A stretch of DNA of 37,453 bases, taken from a virus. The notes below the pieces were generated by a model. It did no database searches and was not told the DNA's origin. It was given only the letters and a program-made list of their open reading frames with translations. The number at the start of each line of letters is the position of its first letter. The stretch's first letter is position 1. Made by a program: the position numbers and the translations under genes. This document shows, piece after piece, positions 25,847 to 32,726 of the stretch. Location of the stretch: positions 1 through 37,453 of IMG/VR virus record IMGVR_UViG_3300023223_001048. One strand, given 5' to 3'.

Positions 25847-26179
25847 ATGTCAGATGAAAAAATATACGAAGAACTTGTTAACTTAGGGGGTGCATATGCT
25901 AAGGCCAAAGCAGACCGTATTTATCTGTCTGAATTCAGGAAAAGCAAGAAAGCATTGCTAATGATAGCCTCAGAGCTCGATAACCCTGGAATACCCGTAT
26001 CAAAGCAAGAAAGGGACGCCTATGCACACCCTGAATATAAAGAGCTGTTAAAGGGCTTACAGGCAGCCATAGAGATAGAAGAAGCAACCAAGCACAAAAT
26101 AGATGCTATTAATATGAAATTTGAAAGCTGGCGCACAAAAGAAGCGACTAGAAGAACAGAGATTAATTTACAGAAATAG
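25847..26179 (+). CDS. Hypothetical helical protein (110 aa).
   Basis: An ORF with an aagagaa RBS. Confidence 0.55.
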   Translation: MSDEKIYEELVNLGGAYAKAKADRIYLSEFRKSKKALLMIASELDNPGIPVSKQERDAYAHPEYKELLKGLQAAIEIEEATKHKIDAINMKFESWRTKEATRRTEINLQK

Positions 26180-26190
26180 GAGCAAAGATA

Positions 26191-26373
26191 ATGAAATTTG
26201 ATAGTTTTGTTTTATGCGTATTCATTATAGCATTGGTCGTATTAAGCCATTTTGAACATATTATAATATTGGAAGAATTGACAGAAAAAATTGAACGGCT
26301 TGAGCGTGTTGTCAATGTAATTCCTAAGAAATTACCAGCCTGTATAAACGATAACAATATTTTAAGTACATAA
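26191..26373 (+). CDS. Small membrane-anchored protein (60 aa).
   Basis: N-terminal hydrophobic FVLCVFIIALVVL, and an aggagcaaagataATG RBS. Confidence 0.5.
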   Translation: MKFDSFVLCVFIIALVVLSHFEHIIILEELTEKIERLERVVNVIPKKLPACINDNNILST

Positions 26374-26385
26374 AGAGTAAAGATA

Positions 26386-26757
26386 ATGTGTGAAATTAGA
26401 AGAAAAGTAATAGGAAAAGGTGTTTTTATTGAAGAGCGCGTAAAAAATGAAAGAAGAACAAAAAATATATTCACACAAAAAATTGTGCGCAAAATTGTAA
26501 ATTGCATTATTTTAGATTGTGGTCATAAGATATCAGTATTGTACTTTACAAATTATATGAAAAATAAAGTCCCATCAAATAATACTCGTTGTCGAGAATG
26601 TGAAGATGGAAGCAATCAAGCAACCTATTGTGAAAACCCCTATCTTAAGATATATAAGGGCATAGATCATTTAAAAGAAATGCTTTCAATTTCAGATGTG
26701 AGTGAAATACTTGTTACATCTGAAAATGGATTATTAAAGGATAGACATAATGAGTGA
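26386..26757 (+). CDS. Hypothetical Cys-containing protein (123 aa).
   Basis: CIILDCGH...CRECEDG. Confidence 0.5.
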   Translation: MCEIRRKVIGKGVFIEERVKNERRTKNIFTQKIVRKIVNCIILDCGHKISVLYFTNYMKNKVPSNNTRCRECEDGSNQATYCENPYLKIYKGIDHLKEMLSISDVSEILVTSENGLLKDRHNE

Positions 26758-26968
26758 TATAGATCCCAGTATAGGTAATGAGGCTCAAGTTTATTATGAA
26801 GAAGGAAAAGGATCGCCTAATTTAAAGAAGAGAGTTTCCGAATTAGAAGACGCTATGAAAACATTTATAATGAGAGTAAATAAAACCAAATCTAAACAAG
26901 AGTTATTAATTGCTGAAGCTACCGCTATAACACGATTTAAAGAACTGTTAAAGGAGGATGATTCATGA
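26750..26968 (+). CDS. Hypothetical protein (72 aa).
   Basis: An overlapping, coupled ORF. Confidence 0.5.
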   Translation: MSDIDPSIGNEAQVYYEEGKGSPNLKKRVSELEDAMKTFIMRVNKTKSKQELLIAEATAITRFKELLKEDDS

Positions 26969-27126
26969 AAACATCAAACAAGAATAATATCGTTGAAGAA
27001 GGGATTAGTTTTGGGTGTTGTTTGGCTATGGTTATATCATTTAGTGTAAATAAGTCCATTTTATGGGCAATATTACATGGTATTTTTTCTTGGTTTTATG
27101 TTATTTATTTTGCAGTAGTTAGATAA
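26965..27126 (+). CDS. Small membrane protein (53 aa).
   Basis: aaaggaggatgattcATG RBS, and GISFGCCLAMVISFSVNKSILWAILHGIFSWFYVIYFAVV. Confidence 0.5.
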   Translation: MKTSNKNNIVEEGISFGCCLAMVISFSVNKSILWAILHGIFSWFYVIYFAVVR

Positions 27127-27255
27127 TCGGTAGCTGATACTCTAGCAAGACAAAAGTATAATATAAATAAACATAATATACTTTCAGCACATAAAGTACT
27201 GTTATAACGCTTGAGACCGGCGTTAAAACCATTTTAGGATCACATTGAGATCATT

Positions 27256-27582
27256 ATGAAAAACCTTAAAACTTTTGAAGCTAAAGACGCTAGATTTGAA
27301 TTAACCATATTTGATGATGGTGTCGTAGTAATTGAAGACCATGGAGCAGAAAGTTACTTCAACACTGAATTTAAGACAAAAGATTCTGTCGTTGAAATGG
27401 GTGTTTATGATGAATATATACGTATTTGTACTGCTTATTATACTTTTCAAGGAGAAGGCCCTGGAGTTACTATAGAAGTCACAGAATCTCAATTCATAGA
27501 ACTCATAAAATTTTATAGGTACAGAAAAATGGAATTGACTAAGAGGAAACACAAGAGTAAAGTAACTAAAAGTCTTTCCTAA
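27256..27582 (+). CDS. Hypothetical protein (108 aa).
   Basis: Coding-like composition. The overlapping antisense ORF 27301..27711 looks like a shadow. Confidence 0.55.
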   Translation: MKNLKTFEAKDARFELTIFDDGVVVIEDHGAESYFNTEFKTKDSVVEMGVYDEYIRICTAYYTFQGEGPGVTIEVTESQFIELIKFYRYRKMELTKRKHKSKVTKSLS

Positions 27583-27733
27583 GACTGACCCACCCCGCAT
27601 TAACGGGATGGAATCAGAGGGATTGGCCCCAGTGATAGAAGCACTGAAGATATCGCAAGTATAACACCCTATCTTTAAAACTCCAATCACTGACCTTAAC
27701 GTACATAACAAATTAACTTTTGGAGGCTATATT

Positions 27734-28270
27734 GTGGAATTTGAAAGCTTTGAAAAAATAGCTCGTCTCAACAGAGGGATTGTAGTTACTGAAAAAATAG
27801 ATGGTACCAATTCACAGATAGCATTCGATGAAGACCTTAATATGTTTGTTGGTAGCCGTAATCGATGGATAACTCCAGATAACGATAATGCAGGGTTTGC
27901 TCGTTGGGCAAATGAAAACAAAGAAGAATTAGAAAATCTTGGGCCTGGGCGCCATTATGGTGAATGGTGGGGGTCTGGAATTCAAAGAAGATATGGGATG
28001 GATAAAAAGATATTTTCTTTATTTAATACTGGAAGATGGAGTAATGATCGCCCTTCCTGCTGCGATCTTGTTCCGCTCTTGTATGCAGGCAAGTACAGTG
28101 AAAATGAAATAAATAATTGCTTAATAGACCTGGAAAAAAACGGTAGTAAAGCTGCTCCTGGGTTTATGAACGCAGAAGGTGTTGTTGTCTATCATGCGGC
28201 AGCAAGGAAATGTTTCAAAGTAACAATCAAGAACGATGAAAAGCCAAAAGGAAGTAACGAGATAGGCTAG
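27734..28270 (+). CDS. Stand-alone RNA ligase, nucleotidyltransferase domain only (178 aa, GTG start).
   Basis: Ligase motifs I EKIDGTN, IV AEGVVVY and V FKVTIKN. Motif I sits about 20 aa from the GTG, which follows ttaacttttggagg by 7 nt. Confidence 0.85.
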   Translation: MEFESFEKIARLNRGIVVTEKIDGTNSQIAFDEDLNMFVGSRNRWITPDNDNAGFARWANENKEELENLGPGRHYGEWWGSGIQRRYGMDKKIFSLFNTGRWSNDRPSCCDLVPLLYAGKYSENEINNCLIDLEKNGSKAAPGFMNAEGVVVYHAAARKCFKVTIKNDEKPKGSNEIG

Positions 28271-28284
28271 AAATTATTTTATTA

Positions 28285-28396
28285 ACGATAGGCTTTTATT
28301 TAAGCTGGGTAAGCTGCTTGGTAGAGCGTCCTACGACCAGTAGGAAGGGTGGGTTCGATTCCCACGCCTCGCTCCATAGATACGATAGGCTTTTAT
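28285..28396. repeat. Two exact 15-bp direct repeats (acgataggcttttat at 28285-28299 and 28382-28396) bracketing the tRNA-like gene. A degenerate third copy, aacgagataggct, lies at the ligase stop (28255-28267).
   Basis: Read directly from the sequence. Confidence 0.9.
28304..28376 (+). tRNA. Non-canonical tRNA-like gene (73 nt with encoded CCA) that has Gly-type acceptor features and an aberrant anticodon loop.
   Basis: Acceptor GCTGGGT/GCCTCGC (1 mismatch, 2 G-U). D arm GCTG-CTTGGTA-GAGC. Anticodon stem TCCTA/TAGGA with loop CGACCAG, which has G rather than U at position 33 and anticodon ACC. A 3-nt variable loop. Canonical T arm GTGGG-TTCGATT-CCCAC. U73 followed by CCA. Confidence 0.5.
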
Positions 28397-28524
28397 GTGG
28401 TGGTGTTGTTGAACTGGTGGCTTTTGTTAAAGCGACAAAGGTTCGCTGGGCGAGACAAGCTTAGTTTCGACTCAGCATCACCTCATAAGAGTCTATCAAC
28501 AAATTAACTTTTGGAGGATTTATT

Positions 28525-28752
28525 GTGAGGGAAAGAAAAGAATTTGAAATAACTGAGCGTCAGCTTAACATCCTTATAGACGCCAGTAACCCAGTGCCAA
28601 TGATCATGCTTCAATGTGGCAAGCCTAAAAGCGCTCAAGAGAACGCTAATAATGCATGGAAATCACTCGGGCGTGAATTGGGCTTCGATTCTATGACAGT
28701 TCAACGAATCAACGGGAAAGGGGAAAGATTTTTCACTGCTGTTGTCTTCTAA
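28525..28752 (+). CDS. Hypothetical protein (75 aa, GTG start).
   Basis: It has the same 20-nt translation-initiation region as the ligase, aacaaattaacttttggagg, 7 nt before the GTG. Confidence 0.5.
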   Translation: MRERKEFEITERQLNILIDASNPVPMIMLQCGKPKSAQENANNAWKSLGRELGFDSMTVQRINGKGERFFTAVVF

Positions 28753-28785
28753 AAATTAGTTATCGTCTAACGAGGATAATAGAGC

Positions 28786-28995
28786 ATGAAATACAAAAGC
28801 GTTAAAACAGGAAATGTGATCGAGATAAAAGAGCGCATGTTTTATTGGAGAAACAGGTACTTTAAGGGATTAGTAGATGTTGAAGACAATGCTTTATACG
28901 ACTACCCAGAAAACAGTTTTGCAGATCATGTCGGAATAAAATCTTCTATTGATAAAGGGTTGATTAAATTAGTGGAAGGAGAACAAAAACTATGA
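28786..28995 (+). CDS. Hypothetical protein (69 aa).
   Basis: cgaggataatagagcATG RBS. Confidence 0.5.
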   Translation: MKYKSVKTGNVIEIKERMFYWRNRYFKGLVDVEDNALYDYPENSFADHVGIKSSIDKGLIKLVEGEQKL

Positions 28996-29281
28996 GTGAG
29001 GGCAGAGCTGAACACTTTAAACTTGAGCTAATGTCGATCGTAGGACTTTAAACAGCGAAATAGTATAACTACATATCGAATAACTTTCGAGCGAGGATAA
29101 AGCGGCGTGAATGCAGGGTAGAGGTTGACCGCCTCAATGGATTGAAAAGGTGCCGTATATTGTTAGATATGTTTTGAAAGACGGGTTGGGCTATCCCTGC
29201 AAAACGCTCTAGATGAACTATGGGAATTAAGTATTAAACAAACCGTTTTAGATCTAGGTTAATGTTAAGAGGATAAATAAA

Positions 29282-29539
29282 ATGAGCTTAGGAGATAAGA
29301 TAAAAGAACTAACTTCGCAGACTAGATTTCAAAGTAAAGAGTGTTATTTGCTTGCTGAGTTAGCTGCTGATATTGCTGACAGAGCAGTAAATCCCTATGT
29401 AGGTGAAGATGCATTTGAAAGAGCAGCAACACCGCTTATTAATTATTTAAACGAAAACCATCACCCGCATACAGTTGCTATTATAGATAACAGGTCTGCT
29501 GAGATTTTTGAAGGTGTAAAAGTGTTTACAAGACCCTAA
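29282..29539 (+). CDS. Hypothetical protein (85 aa).
   Basis: aagaggataaataaaATG RBS. Confidence 0.55.
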   Translation: MSLGDKIKELTSQTRFQSKECYLLAELAADIADRAVNPYVGEDAFERAATPLINYLNENHHPHTVAIIDNRSAEIFEGVKVFTRP

Positions 29540-29578
29540 GGTCTATATGACAACTATGCTTAAAACAAAGAGGTAATT

Positions 29579-29785
29579 ATGAAAACACTTATTAAAGAAA
29601 TAGTTAATATAAGCAGTGAAGGGGTGTCTTTTAAGTTAACAGTGAAAGCCTCTCTTAACGGGGGTTTAAGCACTAACCAGTGGTATGTTAGCTGGGATAG
29701 AATCGGCCGAGCTTTATTTAAAGACCAATACTCTGATACCGTGATCGTTAAAGATTTGAGAATAGAGCGTGATGGGATTAATTAA
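29579..29785 (+). CDS. Hypothetical protein (68 aa).
   Basis: aagaggtaattATG RBS. Confidence 0.5.
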   Translation: MKTLIKEIVNISSEGVSFKLTVKASLNGGLSTNQWYVSWDRIGRALFKDQYSDTVIVKDLRIERDGIN

Positions 29786-29818
29786 AGAGATTTGCTGAAC
29801 ATATATAAGGCAATTAAT

Positions 29819-30112
29819 ATGAAATACGATTTAGACAATCTTCCTAATGGTATAAGCAAAGAAAGCGCACAGCATTTTATTGATCACCGGAAAATAATAA
29901 AGAAGCCATTAACACAGCATGCGCTTGAGATCGCAATGGATCATGCGGCTAATGCGATCAAAATTGGGAAAACACCTGATCAAGTAATAGACAAAACAAT
30001 AGAATGTGGATGGTCATCTATCAATTTAGCTTGGTTAAATGAAAGATTTCTTATTGAGACTGATATTACAAGCACATTTGAAAGGTGGAATGACAGATCT
30101 TGGGCGGAATAA
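29819..30112 (+). CDS. Hypothetical protein (97 aa from the ATG at 29819; the track start at 29792 is TTG).
   Basis: An aagg RBS lies before the ATG. Confidence 0.5.
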   Translation: MKYDLDNLPNGISKESAQHFIDHRKIIKKPLTQHALEIAMDHAANAIKIGKTPDQVIDKTIECGWSSINLAWLNERFLIETDITSTFERWNDRSWAE

Positions 30113-30120
30113 AATAATCC

Positions 30121-30149
30121 TTGACATGACATGTCACATAGTGTATCTT
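30121..30149 (+). promoter_or_regulatory. Sigma70-like promoter with a perfect 7-1-7 palindrome overlapping the -35 box.
   Basis: TTGACA (30121-30126), 17 nt, TATCTT (30144-30149). The palindrome tgacatgAcatgtca lies at 30122-30136. Confidence 0.45.
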
Positions 30150-30185
30150 TGCATCACACAGTTAATAAATAATGAGGACAAGAAG

Positions 30186-30563
30186 ATGAAAAATTTACTA
30201 ATGCTGGCTGTTATAACTATGGTTGTAGGTTGTTCGGACGCAGAAGTTGCGTCTAATAATCTATCTAAAGCTTCAGATATGTTTGAAATAGATCGGCGTA
30301 TAGTTTTTTATGATGCTATTCAAGGGGTATATTTGTTATCAATTGAAGGTAGATGTTCATTAGACGTAGATAGTATGGACTCACAATTAGAGGTGACTTG
30401 TAAGACTAGCGCAACATCATACAAAAAACATTTTTTAGGGTTGTCTGATAACGTCACCTACTTTGCTGAGCAGCTAGGGGCATCGAATGTGGATGTTTAC
30501 AGGTACAGAGTTATTTTTAAGCCAGTATCATTCATACCGGATGTGGATTTAAGAACGCAATAG
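30186..30563 (+). CDS. Lipoprotein (125 aa).
   Basis: Signal peptide MKNLLMLAVITMVVGC with lipobox VVGC, and a gagga RBS 8 nt upstream. Confidence 0.7.
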   Translation: MKNLLMLAVITMVVGCSDAEVASNNLSKASDMFEIDRRIVFYDAIQGVYLLSIEGRCSLDVDSMDSQLEVTCKTSATSYKKHFLGLSDNVTYFAEQLGASNVDVYRYRVIFKPVSFIPDVDLRTQ

Positions 30564-30577
30564 CTGAAAATATAAAA

Positions 30578-30718
30578 ATGGCTAAAACAAACACAGAACT
30601 CAAGCGAGATCAACGTATAAGAGATAAAAAGCCTGGTGCTAGGTATGAAAAGACTTATCGCGCTACATCTAAAGAGCATAAAGTGCTTAAGAAGACTCTT
30701 AAAGAATTGAGGAAATAA
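30578..30718 (+). CDS. Small basic protein (46 aa).
   Basis: MAKTNTELKRDQRIRDKKPGARYEK...; it is under the track cutoff. Confidence 0.4.
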   Translation: MAKTNTELKRDQRIRDKKPGARYEKTYRATSKEHKVLKKTLKELRK

Positions 30719-30720
30719 AA

Positions 30721-30879
30721 ATGGAAATGCCATTCGGAAAACATAAAGGCGAAGAAATAGAGGATTTGCCATCCAGTTATTTAAAATGGTTAGCTGAAAA
30801 TATGGACAATGAAGATATATGTCTGGAAGCTGATGAAGAATATCGATATAGAGCTGATAATGGGTGCCACCATGAATGA
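30721..30879 (+). CDS. DUF3820-like small protein (52 aa).
   Basis: MPFGKHKGEEIEDLPSSYLKWLAEN matches the FGK(Y/H)KG...P..YL.WL signature. Confidence 0.55.
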   Translation: MEMPFGKHKGEEIEDLPSSYLKWLAENMDNEDICLEADEEYRYRADNGCHHE

Positions 30880-31150
30880 TTTAACCATATTTATTTGCGA
30901 TAGCATTGGCGTGTGCGGCACGACAGATTGCCATGTTAAGAAACTTGATAACGGTCAATTTGAGGCACGAATTGGATTTTCGTTGATGGGCACAACCAAT
31001 ATGGACGAAGAAGGATTCGAAAATTGCAATTATGATCCTTGGCATGCTGAATTTTATGATAATTATGCTTCTGGACACGGTTCTACTAAAGAACTTGCTA
31101 TTGAGGCGATGAAGAAAGACTTACATGGTATGGGTGATTCACTATTTTAA
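30872..31150 (+). CDS. Hypothetical protein (92 aa from the ATG at 30872).
   Basis: It overlaps the end of the previous ORF (ATGAATGA). Confidence 0.5.
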   Translation: MNDLTIFICDSIGVCGTTDCHVKKLDNGQFEARIGFSLMGTTNMDEEGFENCNYDPWHAEFYDNYASGHGSTKELAIEAMKKDLHGMGDSLF

Positions 31151-31215
31151 ACTTAAATGCAAAGGCGAAATAGAATTATTAAATGCTGTTCACAGTAAAT
31201 TAGAGTCTAAGAAAA

Positions 31216-31509
31216 ATGATTGAATTAAATAAAAAAGAACAATTGATTATGTCATTATTGGCCGATACAGAACAATATTATCTTTCATTGATAAGATCAT
31301 CAAAAGGGGAACTGGAAAGAAGAGATATCTTTATGTATTTACAATCACTAAAAAGAAAAGGACTAATTGAATCAAGAAAAAAAGAAATAGAACTTGATTC
31401 AAGATTAATAGCACTTGAGCCAAGATTATATAAAGTTAATCGTACATTCTATAAACTTACTGACACTGGAATAGCGAAGAGTAAATTAGATTCTAAAGGT
31501 GAATTATGA
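31216..31509 (+). CDS. PadR-like winged-helix transcription regulator (97 aa).
   Basis: LIMSLLADTEQYYLSLIR...IFMYLQSLKRKGLIESRKKE...FYKLTDTG. Confidence 0.5.
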   Translation: MIELNKKEQLIMSLLADTEQYYLSLIRSSKGELERRDIFMYLQSLKRKGLIESRKKEIELDSRLIALEPRLYKVNRTFYKLTDTGIAKSKLDSKGEL

Positions 31510-31691
31510 AAGATCAAACAGAAATATTTGATGATCCTAAAAAAAATTCTGAGGCATATAAGGCAGGCTATGACGCTGGTAAAAACGGTTCAAATACAAT
31601 AAATACACACTTTAGATATTTTGCCACTAAAGAGCTTATGAATAATTGGGCATTAGGCAACAAGCAGGGTAAAGGCGAAGGACTTGATTAA
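31506..31691 (+). CDS. Hypothetical protein (61 aa).
   Basis: ATGA coupling. Confidence 0.45.
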   Translation: MKDQTEIFDDPKKNSEAYKAGYDAGKNGSNTINTHFRYFATKELMNNWALGNKQGKGEGLD

Positions 31692-32061
31692 ACCCACACA
31701 AAAGCAATGTACAATTTGTAAAAAAAATAAACTTTTAGATGAATTTTATAAAGATCCTAAATGTAAAAATGGATATAGCACTAGGTGTAAACAATGTTCA
31801 AGAAGCATTGGCCGCGCAAAAAACCGCACAAGAAAAATGTCATGTCATGAGTGTGGATCTAATATAAGCATTATTATAAATTCCAGATCTTGCGAGGTGA
31901 ATTTTTTAAGAAGGCGCAGAGAATGTACAGATTGTGGGAACCGATACACAACAGTTGAAATTCATATAGATGAATATGAATCATTGGATAGAATAAAAAG
32001 ATCCATCGAATTTATGGGAAAGGCAGTTAGCAATGTTAAAACCTACTCGAAAGCAGATTAA
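31684..32061 (+). CDS. Double zinc-ribbon protein whose second ribbon is NrdR-like, with no ATP-cone (125 aa, TTG start).
   Basis: CHECGSNISIIINSRSCEVNFLRRRRECTDCGNRYTTVE compared with the NrdR N-terminus CP.C....V.DSR......RRRR.C..C..RFTT.E. The first ribbon is CTICKKNK...CKQCSR. Confidence 0.6.
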   Translation: MIKPTQKQCTICKKNKLLDEFYKDPKCKNGYSTRCKQCSRSIGRAKNRTRKMSCHECGSNISIIINSRSCEVNFLRRRRECTDCGNRYTTVEIHIDEYESLDRIKRSIEFMGKAVSNVKTYSKAD

Positions 32062-32401
32062 AACATGGCTTAAAATGGTTGCTGATTTTGGTTGTGTTAT
32101 TACTGGATCATCTCAAATACATATTCATCATGCGGTTGGCCGAAAATATGTCAAAGACAACTATCAAATAGGGGAATTGTTTGTATATGCATTATGGAAG
32201 CCTTTGCATATGGATGGCCAGTATGATCTAGACCTTCCAGAATACAACATTACCGATCACAGAAAAGCATTTTTAAAAGAACATGGCGTTGAATATGAGC
32301 GAGAATTCTTCTTCGGAATGGTGGATAAAATGGTGGATAAAGGGCTAGAGATTCCGTTTGATCAGGTATTTCTTGATAAAATACAATTGGTTAATAGATA
32401 A
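32033..32401 (+). CDS. Hypothetical protein (122 aa). Its Cys...HIHH motif is weakly reminiscent of NinG/Ref-type HNH-like proteins.
   Basis: FGCVITGSSQIHIHHAVGRK. The resemblance is weak. Confidence 0.45.
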   Translation: MLKPTRKQIKTWLKMVADFGCVITGSSQIHIHHAVGRKYVKDNYQIGELFVYALWKPLHMDGQYDLDLPEYNITDHRKAFLKEHGVEYEREFFFGMVDKMVDKGLEIPFDQVFLDKIQLVNR

Positions 32402-32420
32402 GCTTGTAAGGGGGATAACT

Positions 32421-32696
32421 ATGGAGTTAAAAGACATTAAAAGTATATTAGTCCATTGGTCAGAATCGGCTCTTATAAATGAAGAGCTTGGCTGTAACGA
32501 AGATGATGATATTGAAAAAGTAGTAGAAGTTAAAAAATTTGATGATTTAATACATAGGGCTTCAAAATTAGTTGATGTTGGATATGATAAAACAACATTA
32601 TCAATAACAATGAAATCTGGTGAAATGCTTTGTAAGCAATGTAAATTTTATTTAACACCAGAAAACGATACGTTACTGAAATTAATTAGGGAATGA
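32421..32696 (+). CDS. Hypothetical protein (91 aa).
   Basis: aagggggataactATG RBS. Confidence 0.5.
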   Translation: MELKDIKSILVHWSESALINEELGCNEDDDIEKVVEVKKFDDLIHRASKLVDVGYDKTTLSITMKSGEMLCKQCKFYLTPENDTLLKLIRE

Positions 32697-32726
32697 ATAG
32701 AATCAATATAAAACCTTTATCCGTTA

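Noticed and set aside
27646-27670. A hammerhead ribozyme core (CUGAAGA at 27644-27650).
   Set aside because: No downstream GAAA and no properly placed stems II and III are present. It is a chance heptamer.
28304-28376. The tRNA-like sequence as an attP core for integration into a host tRNA gene.
   Set aside because: I recognise no integrase or recombinase in any frame. The element has a complete cloverleaf, including the 5' half and D arm, rather than only a tRNA 3' fragment. This cannot be fully excluded without the host genome.
28397-28485. A canonical class II tRNA (Leu/Ser/Tyr type).
   Set aside because: The acceptor-like helix and three hairpins exist, but there is no TTCRANY T loop, the putative T stem has a mismatch and a 6-nt loop, and no loop has U33 with a purine at 37. 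It is kept only as an unclassified structured element.
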